This document shows positions 25,001-33,027 of a stretch of DNA of 41,107 nt, piece by piece; position 1 is the stretch's first letter; every line of letters begins with the position of its first letter. A program made the position numbers and the translations under genes. The stretch is from a virus. The notes under the pieces are model-generated. The model did no database searches. It had not been told where the DNA came from and worked only from the letters and a program-made list of their open reading frames with translations. The stretch is from IMG/VR virus record IMGVR_UViG_3300045988_126497, positions 1-41,107 of that record. One strand, 5' to 3'.

Positions 25001-28000
25001 GAGCTTGTGCTTGACGAGATGCTGTCCAAGGGCTACATTCCCAACGAAGCTGGTTACTCAGCCAACAAGGTAGACAGCAAAGTGCCGCCCAACGAAGCCT
25101 ATATCACGGCAAAGGAAGCCATTCCTGGGGCTGTGAAACGCGGCAGCTTTGAAGCCTACAAAGAACAAAACCGCCTTGCTTTGGAACTTGGAGAAATCAC
25201 GGAAGAACAGCTTTATCAAGAGTGGAAACAAGGACAAACACTTGCTCAATCTCATGCTCAATTTGAACCTCAATCTCAAGCTCAAACGCAAGATACGCAA
25301 GTTCAGCGAAACGCAGATGAAATCCCTGCGACTTTTGACGAATACAAGGCACAGTTCCAGGATGTGATCGACAGCAGGGAAATGACGGAAGGTCAGCTTC
25401 TCGACGAGTACAACGCTGTCAGACGCAGAAACGAACGACTGCAACGAAGAGGAGAACCGATTCGCAGGACCCGCATCGAACCGCAGTATACAGACCCAGG
25501 CTTACGCGACAGCTTGGGTTCTGCGAGAGCCGGGTTTGACCCCTACTCCCAGGCTATGAACCGCTACGGAACTATTGAACCGGGCGAAAACCCGGCCCGC
25601 CTGGTGGACGTGCCACAAAGCATGACAGGCAGTGACCGCGTCCGCAAGTTTGCCAGAACCGCCATGGAAGCAGGCGTCACGAGTGATAAGACCGTGGAGC
25701 TGCTGCAAAAGGCCGTGGTAGACGGCGAGTTCTCCTACACCCCCAAGAAGATGGACGAACTGGCTGGGCACGCCATCGACGCTTTAAGCACCCCACAAAA
25801 CGCCGCAAAGTCTATGGCTCTGTGGGAAGAGGTCGTCAACGGAGACAGAGCCGTCACAGATGATGACATTGCTCTCGGCATTATGATGATGAAAGCGGCA
25901 GAACAGGCTGGTGACAGCCGCACCGCAAGCCAGCTTGCCGGTGAAATTGCTGCTTTCGGCACCGAATTGGGCCGCGGCGTCAACGCCATGCGTCTGCTGA
26001 AAAAGGCCACCCCGGAAGGTAAGTTATTCTACATCCGAAAGTCTGTTGATAAGCTGAACCAGAACATACAGAAGCGGAACAAGAACAACAAAACAGCAAC
26101 CAAGGGAAAGAAGTCGTCCGACTTGTCAGACCTGTCTTATCAAGATATCACCGTACCAGACGATCTGGCGCAGCAACTTGTAAACGCAAAAACGCAGGAA
26201 GAGCAGGACGATGCCATTGATGCAATCTACGACTATGTAGCAGACCGGGTCCCCAAAGACACTGTGATGCGTATGGATGCCTGGCGTTACTTTGCCATGC
26301 TGGGTAACCCAAGGACCCATATTAGAAACACGGCAGGAAATATCCTGATGCAGGGCGTATCTCGCAGCAGCAACGCAACTTCCGCCTTGTTGCAGAACAT
26401 CTTCATCAAGGACGCAACCAAGCGCACGAGAACCGGCGTGGGAACGATGGAAGCCCATCGCTTCGCTAAAACGGATTTTGAAAAGAACAAAGACCTCCTG
26501 ACCGGCAACCCCTACACAACCTCTGAAACCGGCCAAATCATGCAGAGGGTGCGGGAGAAAGCATTCACTGTGGACGCGAACAAGCGGGAGAAGAACGCTT
26601 TTTGGCGTGCTGTAGACACCGCCATGAAGCCGATGCACAAGCTGTCCAACTTCAACACCAAAGCCCTAGATTTGGAAGACATGCTCTTTAAGCGTAGCAC
26701 CTACATTGACAGCATGGCAAACTTCCTGACTGCGCGGGGGTACGGCAAGAACCTGGATAGCGTCCCGGAAAATGTGCTTCAGGAAGCACGCACCCACGCC
26801 ATTGACGATGCCCTGGAAGCCACATTCCAGCAGTATTCCGAGCTGGCAAGTAAACTAGCGCAAATGGAGGCTTCCAACAAAGTCGGTCAGTTCCTTATCG
26901 GCGGCACGTTCCCCTTCAAGCGTGTACCCATCAACATTGCCAAGACTGCTGTGAAGTTTTCCCCTGCCGGGCTGGTTAAGACTATGACCTCTGACGCGAA
27001 AAAGCTGCGAAACGGTGATATCACAGCTGCTGATTTCTGTGACAACTTGGGTGCCGGTTTGAACGGCTCCGGTTTGGCTGTTCTTGGTGCTTTCCTGTTT
27101 GCCAACGGCATCCTGACTGTCGGCGGCGATGACGATGATAAACAGGCTGGGTTTGACGCTGCTATGGGCAGCCAGAACTACGCCATCAACATTGGAGACT
27201 ACAGCTATACCATCGACTGGGCGGCCCCTGCTGTTGTCCCTATGTTCATCGGCGCAGAGTTCTGGAACGCGATCAAGACCAAGGATGAGGAAGCTAGCTT
27301 CACCAAGGCGGCGATGAACGCGGTAGGCCGGATGTTTGAACCGCTCATGCAAATGACGATGCTCTCCGGTGTATCCTCCACCATTAAATCCGCTGCTTAC
27401 AACCAGCAAGACCCGATCTACGGCGTCCTGGCAAACGTGGCAACGAACTATGCAGGTCAGTTTGTTCCAACAGCATTGGGGCAAGTGGCGCGAACCATCG
27501 ACCCTATCCGCCGCACCACCTTCGCTGATGCCAACAGCAAGGTACCGAAAGAAATCCAGCAGTTCTTACAGCGGCAGGGAGCCAAAATCCCCGGCCTGTC
27601 GCAGAAAATGCCGGAGTATCTGGACGTGTGGGGCAACAACGATGTAGGGAGCGACAACGTGCTTCTGCGTGCCCTGGAGAACTTCATCTCTCCTGGCTAC
27701 ATTGCCAAGAAGAGTGGTGGCAGCGTAGAGCAGGAGCTTCAGCGCCTGAACGACGCAGGCTATGAGGGCATGCTTCCCGGCGCTGTCCAGAAGTCCGGTA
27801 AGCTCGACGGCAACCGCATGACTGCTGAACAGTGGATGAAGCGGCAGAAGGAACAGGGCAACACCGCCTATGAGATCATGCAGAACTTTATCGGCACCCA
27901 GGAATACCAGAACTTGACGGACGATCAGAAAGCCAAGTTCATTGATAAAGCGTATGAGTATGCTAAGAACAGCGGCAAAGCGGCTGCTGGTGGCGACACC

Positions 28001-28732
28001 TCTGACTTTGCAAAGTGGTACGAGGCGGCGAACAACGCCCAGAGCGAGGCAGGACTTTCTAAGGAACGTTTCCTTTCCTTGTATGCTTATAAGTCCGCCA
28101 TTGAGGATGAAGCGCCTGACGAAGCAAAGGCAAGCTTGAAGCAAGGCATGTGGGAAGAGTATATCAACGGCCTTTCTGACCTTTCTCAGGAGCAGAAGGA
28201 CTACGTTCTCGACAACGTGAAGTTCTGGCAGATGATGCCCGCTGATTCCGGCGCATACCAGAAAGCAAAGAACGCCGGGTACGATACCCCGGAAGCAATT
28301 CAGGCTTTGTTGGAAGCCAAGAGCAGCTTCAGTACGGACGGGAACAACGATATCAACAACACAGAGATGTACAAGGGTATCATCGGGCAGACCAGCGACC
28401 CCGCTGAGCAGGAGAAGATGTACAACGCCATCAAAGACAAAGACGCCAAGAAGAGCTGGAAAGAGCTTGCCGCTGAACAGAGTAAGCAGCAGCAGGTCGA
28501 ATCCACCGCGCAGGCAGCACTTGACAAGGCTGTCTCCAAGGACAAGCAAACTGCATTTGCCACGGCAATGGAAAACGCTGCTGGAACCAAGCAGACCGAC
28601 TGCTACCGCGCACTGACCAGCACGGGAGCCAGTGAAGCAGAGTGCAAGGCATACTTCGCCTATATCAGCGCTCAGAAGGGCTGGAAGAAGAGCTGGGAAA
28701 AGGTAAAAGCAGATGCCTTGAAGGGCAAATAA
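22019..28732 (+). CDS. Giant virion protein, 2237 aa (polyvalent / internal ejection-protein candidate)
   Basis: Single uninterrupted ORF with a GTG start. Hydrophobic Gly-rich segment GISMLQMAPFLAANIIPGAGQAISLGGMGALAAG, long Q/E/A coiled-coils, and no catalytic motif recognised. No tube or sheath genes nearby, so it is unlikely to be a tape measure. Confidence 0.8.
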   Translation: MAKRKDRTRDGQKLGPAYHIKSNPSQTVSLRNENFGMMARKDKKADKNTPLSTPMDHLRKETTTYTQMYSGKGKNKTKTVQSSWNRNGGKSGNKGSKSGKSGNQPKPMNRDARIMSATLSDSHKRPAIMATDQAKRELEADNDRNNSPMGALRRRARKAQTGQADNYSREDADKRLFSETLSSARKAEKNYKKAFEENRYTGGSKTLLSGADTKNLSEEEQNNVQVWKDAWDKGQRLIDQGYTQKGKQMQAEAHAQAERIRMTEGYSGGESGSDFTTPEIRQDEYAGMSDSGRKNLRVAKSLYEFGQKTGDEELMKQAAQMGQQVRLEPSSYDYKRSEAYHKFAEDRPVTNPNTDAYGRPIYTPNELEQEQNKKWGTAVGQGLKGGFLTLLETARKSTQNAIKNRYDPEYQSKKYTAEYLQHEANKEQDEREKIRLNAKAAKMRGEANDAKAKENIGTDTPGMQALRASSEATEDLVNNAKTGGGKLLTKAGISMLQMAPFLAANIIPGAGQAISLGGMGALAAGQKAGELQQDNRVSAQEAFARGLVSGGIEAFTEKIPMDSLLKLVKGGGGTNFIKAVAKQAGIEATEESASYTMNWLADKAARDPKAKFSLSDLAENAAIGAISGGVFGAGGHVIGSAIGAGRTPYNSPSPTEDTTPTPTVEEAPRPIQEQPTQESANPLIRASQAQEQKPTVKEQVAEKRWQRKRLLELNEQEQELNERFKSANKRAFSAKTDAEMQEAINEQNEITAERARISNEREELEARLNVPFHPDLQTRTQEAEPVQEPTRSAKERLEAAQQAYRQRIQEQAQANQDTGAQMQSARENLAQARQALAQREAAWQERAANATEEEVPDLLREQENLLQEERRIQAQEAQAEREDAGQLSRNFGEEAAHIDQRTAGDVSKPSVKAFQWDYPQMHQYYAQAAEALLQDVEYSKAGQFSEKGRGTVVTKSEAMMQAERMGISRADLEKALIAIINDQGQENYATAKKVELVLDEMLSKGYIPNEAGYSANKVDSKVPPNEAYITAKEAIPGAVKRGSFEAYKEQNRLALELGEITEEQLYQEWKQGQTLAQSHAQFEPQSQAQTQDTQVQRNADEIPATFDEYKAQFQDVIDSREMTEGQLLDEYNAVRRRNERLQRRGEPIRRTRIEPQYTDPGLRDSLGSARAGFDPYSQAMNRYGTIEPGENPARLVDVPQSMTGSDRVRKFARTAMEAGVTSDKTVELLQKAVVDGEFSYTPKKMDELAGHAIDALSTPQNAAKSMALWEEVVNGDRAVTDDDIALGIMMMKAAEQAGDSRTASQLAGEIAAFGTELGRGVNAMRLLKKATPEGKLFYIRKSVDKLNQNIQKRNKNNKTATKGKKSSDLSDLSYQDITVPDDLAQQLVNAKTQEEQDDAIDAIYDYVADRVPKDTVMRMDAWRYFAMLGNPRTHIRNTAGNILMQGVSRSSNATSALLQNIFIKDATKRTRTGVGTMEAHRFAKTDFEKNKDLLTGNPYTTSETGQIMQRVREKAFTVDANKREKNAFWRAVDTAMKPMHKLSNFNTKALDLEDMLFKRSTYIDSMANFLTARGYGKNLDSVPENVLQEARTHAIDDALEATFQQYSELASKLAQMEASNKVGQFLIGGTFPFKRVPINIAKTAVKFSPAGLVKTMTSDAKKLRNGDITAADFCDNLGAGLNGSGLAVLGAFLFANGILTVGGDDDDKQAGFDAAMGSQNYAINIGDYSYTIDWAAPAVVPMFIGAEFWNAIKTKDEEASFTKAAMNAVGRMFEPLMQMTMLSGVSSTIKSAAYNQQDPIYGVLANVATNYAGQFVPTALGQVARTIDPIRRTTFADANSKVPKEIQQFLQRQGAKIPGLSQKMPEYLDVWGNNDVGSDNVLLRALENFISPGYIAKKSGGSVEQELQRLNDAGYEGMLPGAVQKSGKLDGNRMTAEQWMKRQKEQGNTAYEIMQNFIGTQEYQNLTDDQKAKFIDKAYEYAKNSGKAAAGGDTSDFAKWYEAANNAQSEAGLSKERFLSLYAYKSAIEDEAPDEAKASLKQGMWEEYINGLSDLSQEQKDYVLDNVKFWQMMPADSGAYQKAKNAGYDTPEAIQALLEAKSSFSTDGNNDINNTEMYKGIIGQTSDPAEQEKMYNAIKDKDAKKSWKELAAEQSKQQQVESTAQAALDKAVSKDKQTAFATAMENAAGTKQTDCYRALTSTGASEAECKAYFAYISAQKGWKKSWEKVKADALKGK

Positions 28733-28735
28733 CAA

Positions 28736-28769
28736 GAAGGGCCACCCACACCGGGCGGCCCTTCCTTTT
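28736..28769. terminator. Bidirectional terminator between the convergent late and early operons
   Basis: GAAGGGCC-N13-GGCCCTTC followed by CTTTTA. Lies between the stop codons at 28732 (+) and 28768 (-). Confidence 0.7.
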
Positions 28770-29169
28770 ATCCTTCGATGAACTTGGGACAGCTTTCCAC
28801 TTTGTACGACAGGGAGAGATGGACTTTCCTGGCCCCTCCCTGTACTTTCAGGTCACGCCGTACAGCCACCCAACCAGTGACCGGCTGGAAGTGTCGTGAC
28901 CATTCGCAGCCGTATTTGCCGTCCGCTGTGGGGACAGCGTGCTTGCAGTCGATACAGATGGTGTTCGGTCTTTCCGATTCTCTCTTTGCCAGCTGCTTTT
29001 CTGCTGCCTTTCTCAGGTACTTTTTCCTATCCAACTCCTTTTGTTTCTCAAAACAGGAAACACAGGTTTGGACGCCTGGTCTATGTGGTAGCTTTCCGCA
29101 TTTCGCACACAGTCCAGCAGCCAGACGTTTCACACGGCGTCTTTCCCGCCTCACTCGTTCGTCAGTCAT
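28768..29169 (-). CDS. Zinc-finger protein, 133 aa (start moved to MTDERV); last gene of the early operon
   Basis: Basic N-terminus, CAKCG...CVSC and CIDCKH...C...C cysteine pairs. The ATG overlaps the upstream stop. Confidence 0.6.
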   Translation of the reverse strand: MTDERVRRERRRVKRLAAGLCAKCGKLPHRPGVQTCVSCFEKQKELDRKKYLRKAAEKQLAKRESERPNTICIDCKHAVPTADGKYGCEWSRHFQPVTGWVAVRRDLKVQGGARKVHLSLSYKVESCPKFIEG

Positions 29170-29872
29170 TCGACTTCTCCTTTCCCGTGATGAGTTCGGA
29201 GTAGGGGAGGGATTCAATCCAGCGGCAGAACTCCCGCCACTCGGTGAGCTTGTGATTGCGCCGGGCGCGGTAAATGTTAGCTAGAACTTCGTAGTTCAGC
29301 ATCAAGGTTCGGCGCTGGTTGTAACTGCTTGGGAGAAGCTGAATCATTTCCCTCCAGTAAGATTTTTCTCCACCTTCCTTATACCAGCGACGCAACGCAT
29401 TGATTCTTTCAATCACATCGCAGAAAAGTTGAACTGCTACATCATTTTCTTTGATGCTGTCCATGCTGAAATCTTCCAACTCTAGGTCACACTTGTCCAG
29501 CGTGTGCATCGTGGAGCAGGAGTTAGACACCGTACCAACCTTGTACGTTTCAAGTTCCTTGTACCAGTACAGCGGTGCAGTCACGTCCACATACACCACG
29601 ATCATCCGCATAAATTTGCGATGGTCGGTGCCGGCCCTGGCAAGGCGCTGCATCAGCTCGAAGTCGTTCTTTCCGATGCAGAAAATGTCCTCCTTGAAGT
29701 AGCCCTCGTCCCCGCGTGGACAACTTCCATGAACTCCCACATGGCAATCCTCGAAACCGTCCCTGCTCTTGCACAGTTGGCTGTCCGACCGTTCCCAGGA
29801 GTTCATGGGGTTTCGCATCCCCCGGATAGCGGCCTCCCAGCCGACTACCTCGGTGTTTTCAAGTTCAATCAT
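29162..29872 (-). CDS. Divergent ThyX-fold (Thy1-like) protein lacking the RHRxxSxxxxSxR motif, 236 aa (start moved to MIELEN)
   Basis: AAGGAGG lies 6 nt before the ATG at 29872. LMQRLARAGTDHRKFMRMIVVYVDVTAPLYWYKELETYKVGTVSNSCSTMH aligns by eye to the ThyX ...[40 protein letters not shown] region, but the Arg/Ser motif is replaced. Confidence 0.5.
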   Translation of the reverse strand: MIELENTEVVGWEAAIRGMRNPMNSWERSDSQLCKSRDGFEDCHVGVHGSCPRGDEGYFKEDIFCIGKNDFELMQRLARAGTDHRKFMRMIVVYVDVTAPLYWYKELETYKVGTVSNSCSTMHTLDKCDLELEDFSMDSIKENDVAVQLFCDVIERINALRRWYKEGGEKSYWREMIQLLPSSYNQRRTLMLNYEVLANIYRARRNHKLTEWREFCRWIESLPYSELITGKEKSND

Positions 29873-30068
29873 CGTTGCCCTCCTTATTCTCTTCAATCCA
29901 TCCATAAAAGGCTTCTGCTTCGGTACCTTCTGGGCCATAGTTTCCGCAGCGTTTACACTGCATCCAGAACACCCTATGCAGTCGCTCCGTAAACAAAGCA
30001 GAATAGCCACTTTCTTTCAGAATGACACTCCCGCCACATTTACGACACCTACACATACATATTTTCAT
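29865..30068 (-). CDS. Lar-like zinc-ribbon protein (restriction-alleviation family-like), 67 aa
   Basis: CRKCGGS...MQCKRCGNYGPEGTEAEAFYGWIE fits the Lar-type pattern CxxCG...CxxCG..GP....eA...W. Confidence 0.55.
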   Translation of the reverse strand: MKICMCRCRKCGGSVILKESGYSALFTERLHRVFWMQCKRCGNYGPEGTEAEAFYGWIEENKEGNDD

Positions 30069-30105
30069 TGGTTCCCCTTTCTAACTTGTGCATTTTTTGC
30101 ACAGG

Positions 30106-30432
30106 TTACTCGTTGTATCCACGCAATTTATCGCCGATCAAAAAGAAGATCGGCAACTTGTACGCATCTGCGGCAGTGATCTCCATCTTGCACCCTCTGG
30201 CATCGCTCCACCCCTTGCACACGATAACAGCATCCGCGTCCGCCATGACCTTCAGGCTCTCACCCAAGAACCACAGCGGCTTTGCTTCGGTGGGAGCGCC
30301 CCGAAAGAAACTCTCCAGGACCTCCACATCATCACCCCACTTAGCTTTAGCAGCCTTGATAGCTCGCTCCCGTTCTGCCAGGATTTCGGCGTCGGTTTTG
30401 CCCCGCATGGGCTGAGAGATAAAGATTTTCAT
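30106..30432 (-). CDS. DUF4406 / nucleoside 2-deoxyribosyltransferase-like protein, 108 aa
   Basis: MKIFISQPMRGKTDAEI...ADADAVIVCKGWSDARGCKMEITAA is typical of the DUF4406 family. Confidence 0.6.
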   Translation of the reverse strand: MKIFISQPMRGKTDAEILAERERAIKAAKAKWGDDVEVLESFFRGAPTEAKPLWFLGESLKVMADADAVIVCKGWSDARGCKMEITAADAYKLPIFFLIGDKLRGYNE

Positions 30433-31367
30433 TCGTTTTCCTCCTTGTTCGCTAACTCCCCGGCAATGCTTCCATAGCCGCAGAGGTCGATGTAGTTATC
30501 TGTGTGCTGAGGGTTTGCTTTGGCTCGTGCCACCTTTAACAGGGACATCATCATAGCCACATCAAAGGGGTCGAAGTTGGTTCCTTTGTAAGCTGCCCAG
30601 AGGTTGGCAATATCCTGGAAACAATCTTCTGGTTCCCCGTACTGATCGTTTCGCTCTTTGCAGACGCAGGTTGTGGCGGCATCCAGGATGCTTTTTCTTG
30701 TGGCGTCCTTCTTCTCTGCGTTCATCAGAACAGTTGCGTCACGGTAGTCAGAGAGTAGCTTAGTTGCCAGCTTAAGCAGGTGGCTGATACACTCCGTACT
30801 TCCTCTGTTCCCATCGTTGTAAGGACAATCCTCGCAAGGCTTATCCATCAAACAGCAATCCAGCCCTCCAATGACACGCTCGATCAAAGCCACATTTTCC
30901 GGTATTCTAGCCGGTTTTTCCTTTGGCTCGTTTTCTTCGTGAATTTGCTTGATTGTTTTGTCCCAATACCACAACGCATCGTTCGGGTTGCCGCGTTCAG
31001 GGCCAGCCCAACCGCACTTCCGACACACGGCGCGGAACTTTCGCTCTCCACGAATGATTTCTTCTTTGGAAAGGGTCATTTGTTTGACCTCCATGTTTGC
31101 TTTGCCGCAAACAGGGCAGGGTTCATGCTTCTTCATTGCGTCTCCTTCCTTTTCGTGATGAGGATTCATTCTTTCAAATACCTCAATGATCAAAATATTC
31201 CAAACCTTCACTGCTTCCTCTGCGGTTTCTGCGAACGGTCCAGTAAAGCCACACTGTTTGCACTTAACACGAGCACACCCTTTCCCGTCGCTTTCCCTGA
31301 AAATGCCCCTCACAGAAACCTTTTGATTCCCGCACTTAGGGCAGGGATTGACTTTCAACTCCATCAT
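30429..31367 (-). CDS. Fusion protein: two Lar-like zinc ribbons, a Cys-rich middle and a C-terminal DUF6378-like domain, 312 aa
   Basis: CPKCGN...CKQCGFTGPFAETAEEAVKVWN and CPVCGK...CRKCGWAGPERGNPNDALWYWD. C-terminus ...ERNDQYGEPEDCFQDIANLW...DVAMMMSLLKVARAKANPQHTDNYIDLCGYGSIA. Confidence 0.6.
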   Translation of the reverse strand: MMELKVNPCPKCGNQKVSVRGIFRESDGKGCARVKCKQCGFTGPFAETAEEAVKVWNILIIEVFERMNPHHEKEGDAMKKHEPCPVCGKANMEVKQMTLSKEEIIRGERKFRAVCRKCGWAGPERGNPNDALWYWDKTIKQIHEENEPKEKPARIPENVALIERVIGGLDCCLMDKPCEDCPYNDGNRGSTECISHLLKLATKLLSDYRDATVLMNAEKKDATRKSILDAATTCVCKERNDQYGEPEDCFQDIANLWAAYKGTNFDPFDVAMMMSLLKVARAKANPQHTDNYIDLCGYGSIAGELANKEENE

Positions 31368-31534
31368 TTAACCCCCATTTCCAACTTTTTCATCTCAGCG
31401 ATAGCCAACGCCGCCTTGTGCATGGCCTTGCGTTCATCCGACTTTGCCACCATCTGCACGGTTTCCGCCGTGCAGATGATAGCTAGGGCCGCCAGCCAAA
31501 ACACCATCCAGGGGTGTGCTAGCATCCATTCCAT
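31364..31534 (-). CDS. Small membrane protein, 56 aa (below the ORF-track cutoff), translationally coupled at both ends
   Basis: Hand translation: MEWMLAHPWMVFWLAALAIICTAETVQMVAKSDERKAMHKAALAIAEMKKLEMGVK*. TGATG overlap with the upstream stop and ATGA overlap with the downstream start. Confidence 0.45.
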   Translation of the reverse strand: MEWMLAHPWMVFWLAALAIICTAETVQMVAKSDERKAMHKAALAIAEMKKLEMGVK

Positions 31535-31839
31535 CAGTTATCCCCCCTTTCTTCCAGCCGCTTCTTGTGTCTCTCCCATTTCCATACGGATATATCCGCA
31601 TTGGGTTTCAGTTCCAGGGCGATAGCGCAAGAAACGACGTCGGTGTATTCTTCGTCCAACTTATCCAGGTAGTTCCTTCCGCCCTCTTTAACCGGGTTAT
31701 CTCCCCGCAAAACTCTGGCGAGTTTCAGGGCGCAGTGGGCCAGCTCCATGCACTCTTCCGCTAAGGCTTCATAGCAGGCAGCATAGCCTACCATGGCCGG
31801 GAAATCTCCCCAGCATTTCATTTTATCCGGGATATTCAT
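31534..31839 (-). CDS. MazG-like nucleotide pyrophosphohydrolase, 101 aa (start moved to MNIPDK)
   Basis: AAAGGAG SD before the ATG at 31839. EExxE-type motif LAEECMELAHCALKLAR and a second acidic motif LDEEYTDVV. Confidence 0.7.
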   Translation of the reverse strand: MNIPDKMKCWGDFPAMVGYAACYEALAEECMELAHCALKLARVLRGDNPVKEGGRNYLDKLDEEYTDVVSCAIALELKPNADISVWKWERHKKRLEERGDN

Positions 31840-31912
31840 TTGTCTCCTTTCTAAACTGGTCGATTTCGGCCAGTTTAACCGTGTCGATTTCAACACGGTT
31901 ACGTGTTAGTTG

Positions 31913-32197
31913 TCATTCCACCCCCGGCGGTTCCGGCAGGAGCATCCAGTGGGTGGGCTGTAAGCCACGCGCCACGTTATCCAGCACCCAGATTCCCGCT
32001 GCAAGCATACCCTGGAAAACCACGTTTCCATCACTACACAGGATAAGCTCTCCTTCGGGCGGATTTTCTTCCTCCACCGGAATCCACCTAGTCCGGTCCA
32101 GCGCCTCCAGAATCATCTTGTACGCCTCCCTCGCCCCAGGCATGGGAGTGTTGTCTGCGTGGCGTTGGAGCCACACTCTCGCCTCATCAATCGTCAT
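31913..32197 (-). CDS. DUF551-like phage protein, 94 aa
   Basis: WIPVEEENPPEGELILC...PTHWMLLPEPP, the typical DUF551 pattern. Confidence 0.55.
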   Translation of the reverse strand: MTIDEARVWLQRHADNTPMPGAREAYKMILEALDRTRWIPVEEENPPEGELILCSDGNVVFQGMLAAGIWVLDNVARGLQPTHWMLLPEPPGVE

Positions 32198-32480
32198 TTG
32201 GTACCTCCCGCATGTCCGCGCCGCAGTTGGGACAGTAGGCCGTACAATTCCGGTGAGTCAATTTACAGCTAGAACAAGGATACCCACCACAAAATGGATT
32301 GTAACAACCCCATTTTCCCCTCCGCACAGGGGCCACATCGGCGGCAGAAAAACTGTCGATTTCGTCCACGATGCACTCAATGCACCCCTCGCCTGGTTCA
32401 TCACAACCGGTACAACCCTCCTGGAATTTTCCGCCGTAGAGATACTCTTTCAGCGCTCCTCGCTCGATGTAGTCAGTCAT
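32187..32480 (-). CDS. Cys-rich zinc-ribbon protein, 97 aa (start moved to MTDYIERG)
   Basis: The long 198-aa form overlaps dcd out of frame. C-terminal CPNCGADM ribbon. Confidence 0.55.
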   Translation of the reverse strand: MTDYIERGALKEYLYGGKFQEGCTGCDEPGEGCIECIVDEIDSFSAADVAPVRRGKWGCYNPFCGGYPCSSCKLTHRNCTAYCPNCGADMREVPNDD

Positions 32481-33027
32481 TGTTATCCCCCATTTCCTGA
32501 TACAACCTACTAGGTGTCGCCGCTTCCTGCCCGACGTATTTCCCAGTGTATCCATCCAGGATTTCACCGGCCACGGTTTGGTAGTAGATTTGGCAAATTT
32601 CCATGCCTGGGTAGATACGCACCGGCTCGGTGGCGGCCAACTCCAGCGTCCAACGGCCCCGGAACCCGATATCCCCAAAACCTGCTGTAACGTGTACAGC
32701 CAGTCCCAGACGGCCCACAGACGAGCGCCCAACCAGCATGGGAACCAGGTTCCGGGTTTCGGTCCACTCTTCGGTGCTGGCAATGTACACGCGCCCAGGC
32801 TTCAGGACGTAGCCCTCCGGCGGGATGATAATCTCCCGTGTGCGGTTGTCTCGTTTGGGGTCCAGGACAGCTTCTGTATACGTAAGCATTTTGGGATGCA
32901 GACGAAGGTTGTAGCTGTTGGGGCCAAGCTGGGAATCATCAAACGGCTCAATGATGATATCCCCCTTGGACATGCGCTGTCGGATTTCGTTCCCAGACAG
33001 AATACCGTATTGATTCGCTTCGTTCAT
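32473..33027 (-). CDS. dcd: dCTP deaminase
   Basis: ILSGNEIRQRM...IIEPF...LGPNSYNLRL...VGRSSVGRLGLAVHVTAGFGDIGFRGRWTLEL. 184 aa. Confidence 0.9.
   Translation of the reverse strand: MNEANQYGILSGNEIRQRMSKGDIIIEPFDDSQLGPNSYNLRLHPKMLTYTEAVLDPKRDNRTREIIIPPEGYVLKPGRVYIASTEEWTETRNLVPMLVGRSSVGRLGLAVHVTAGFGDIGFRGRWTLELAATEPVRIYPGMEICQIYYQTVAGEILDGYTGKYVGQEAATPSRLYQEMGDNND

Noticed and set aside
22058-28735. Multiple minus-strand ORFs (268, 189, 183, 209 and 389 aa, among others) inside the 2237-aa gene
   Set aside because: They are shadow ORFs of one continuous plus-strand gene. They overlap one another in different frames, lack SDs and have skewed composition.
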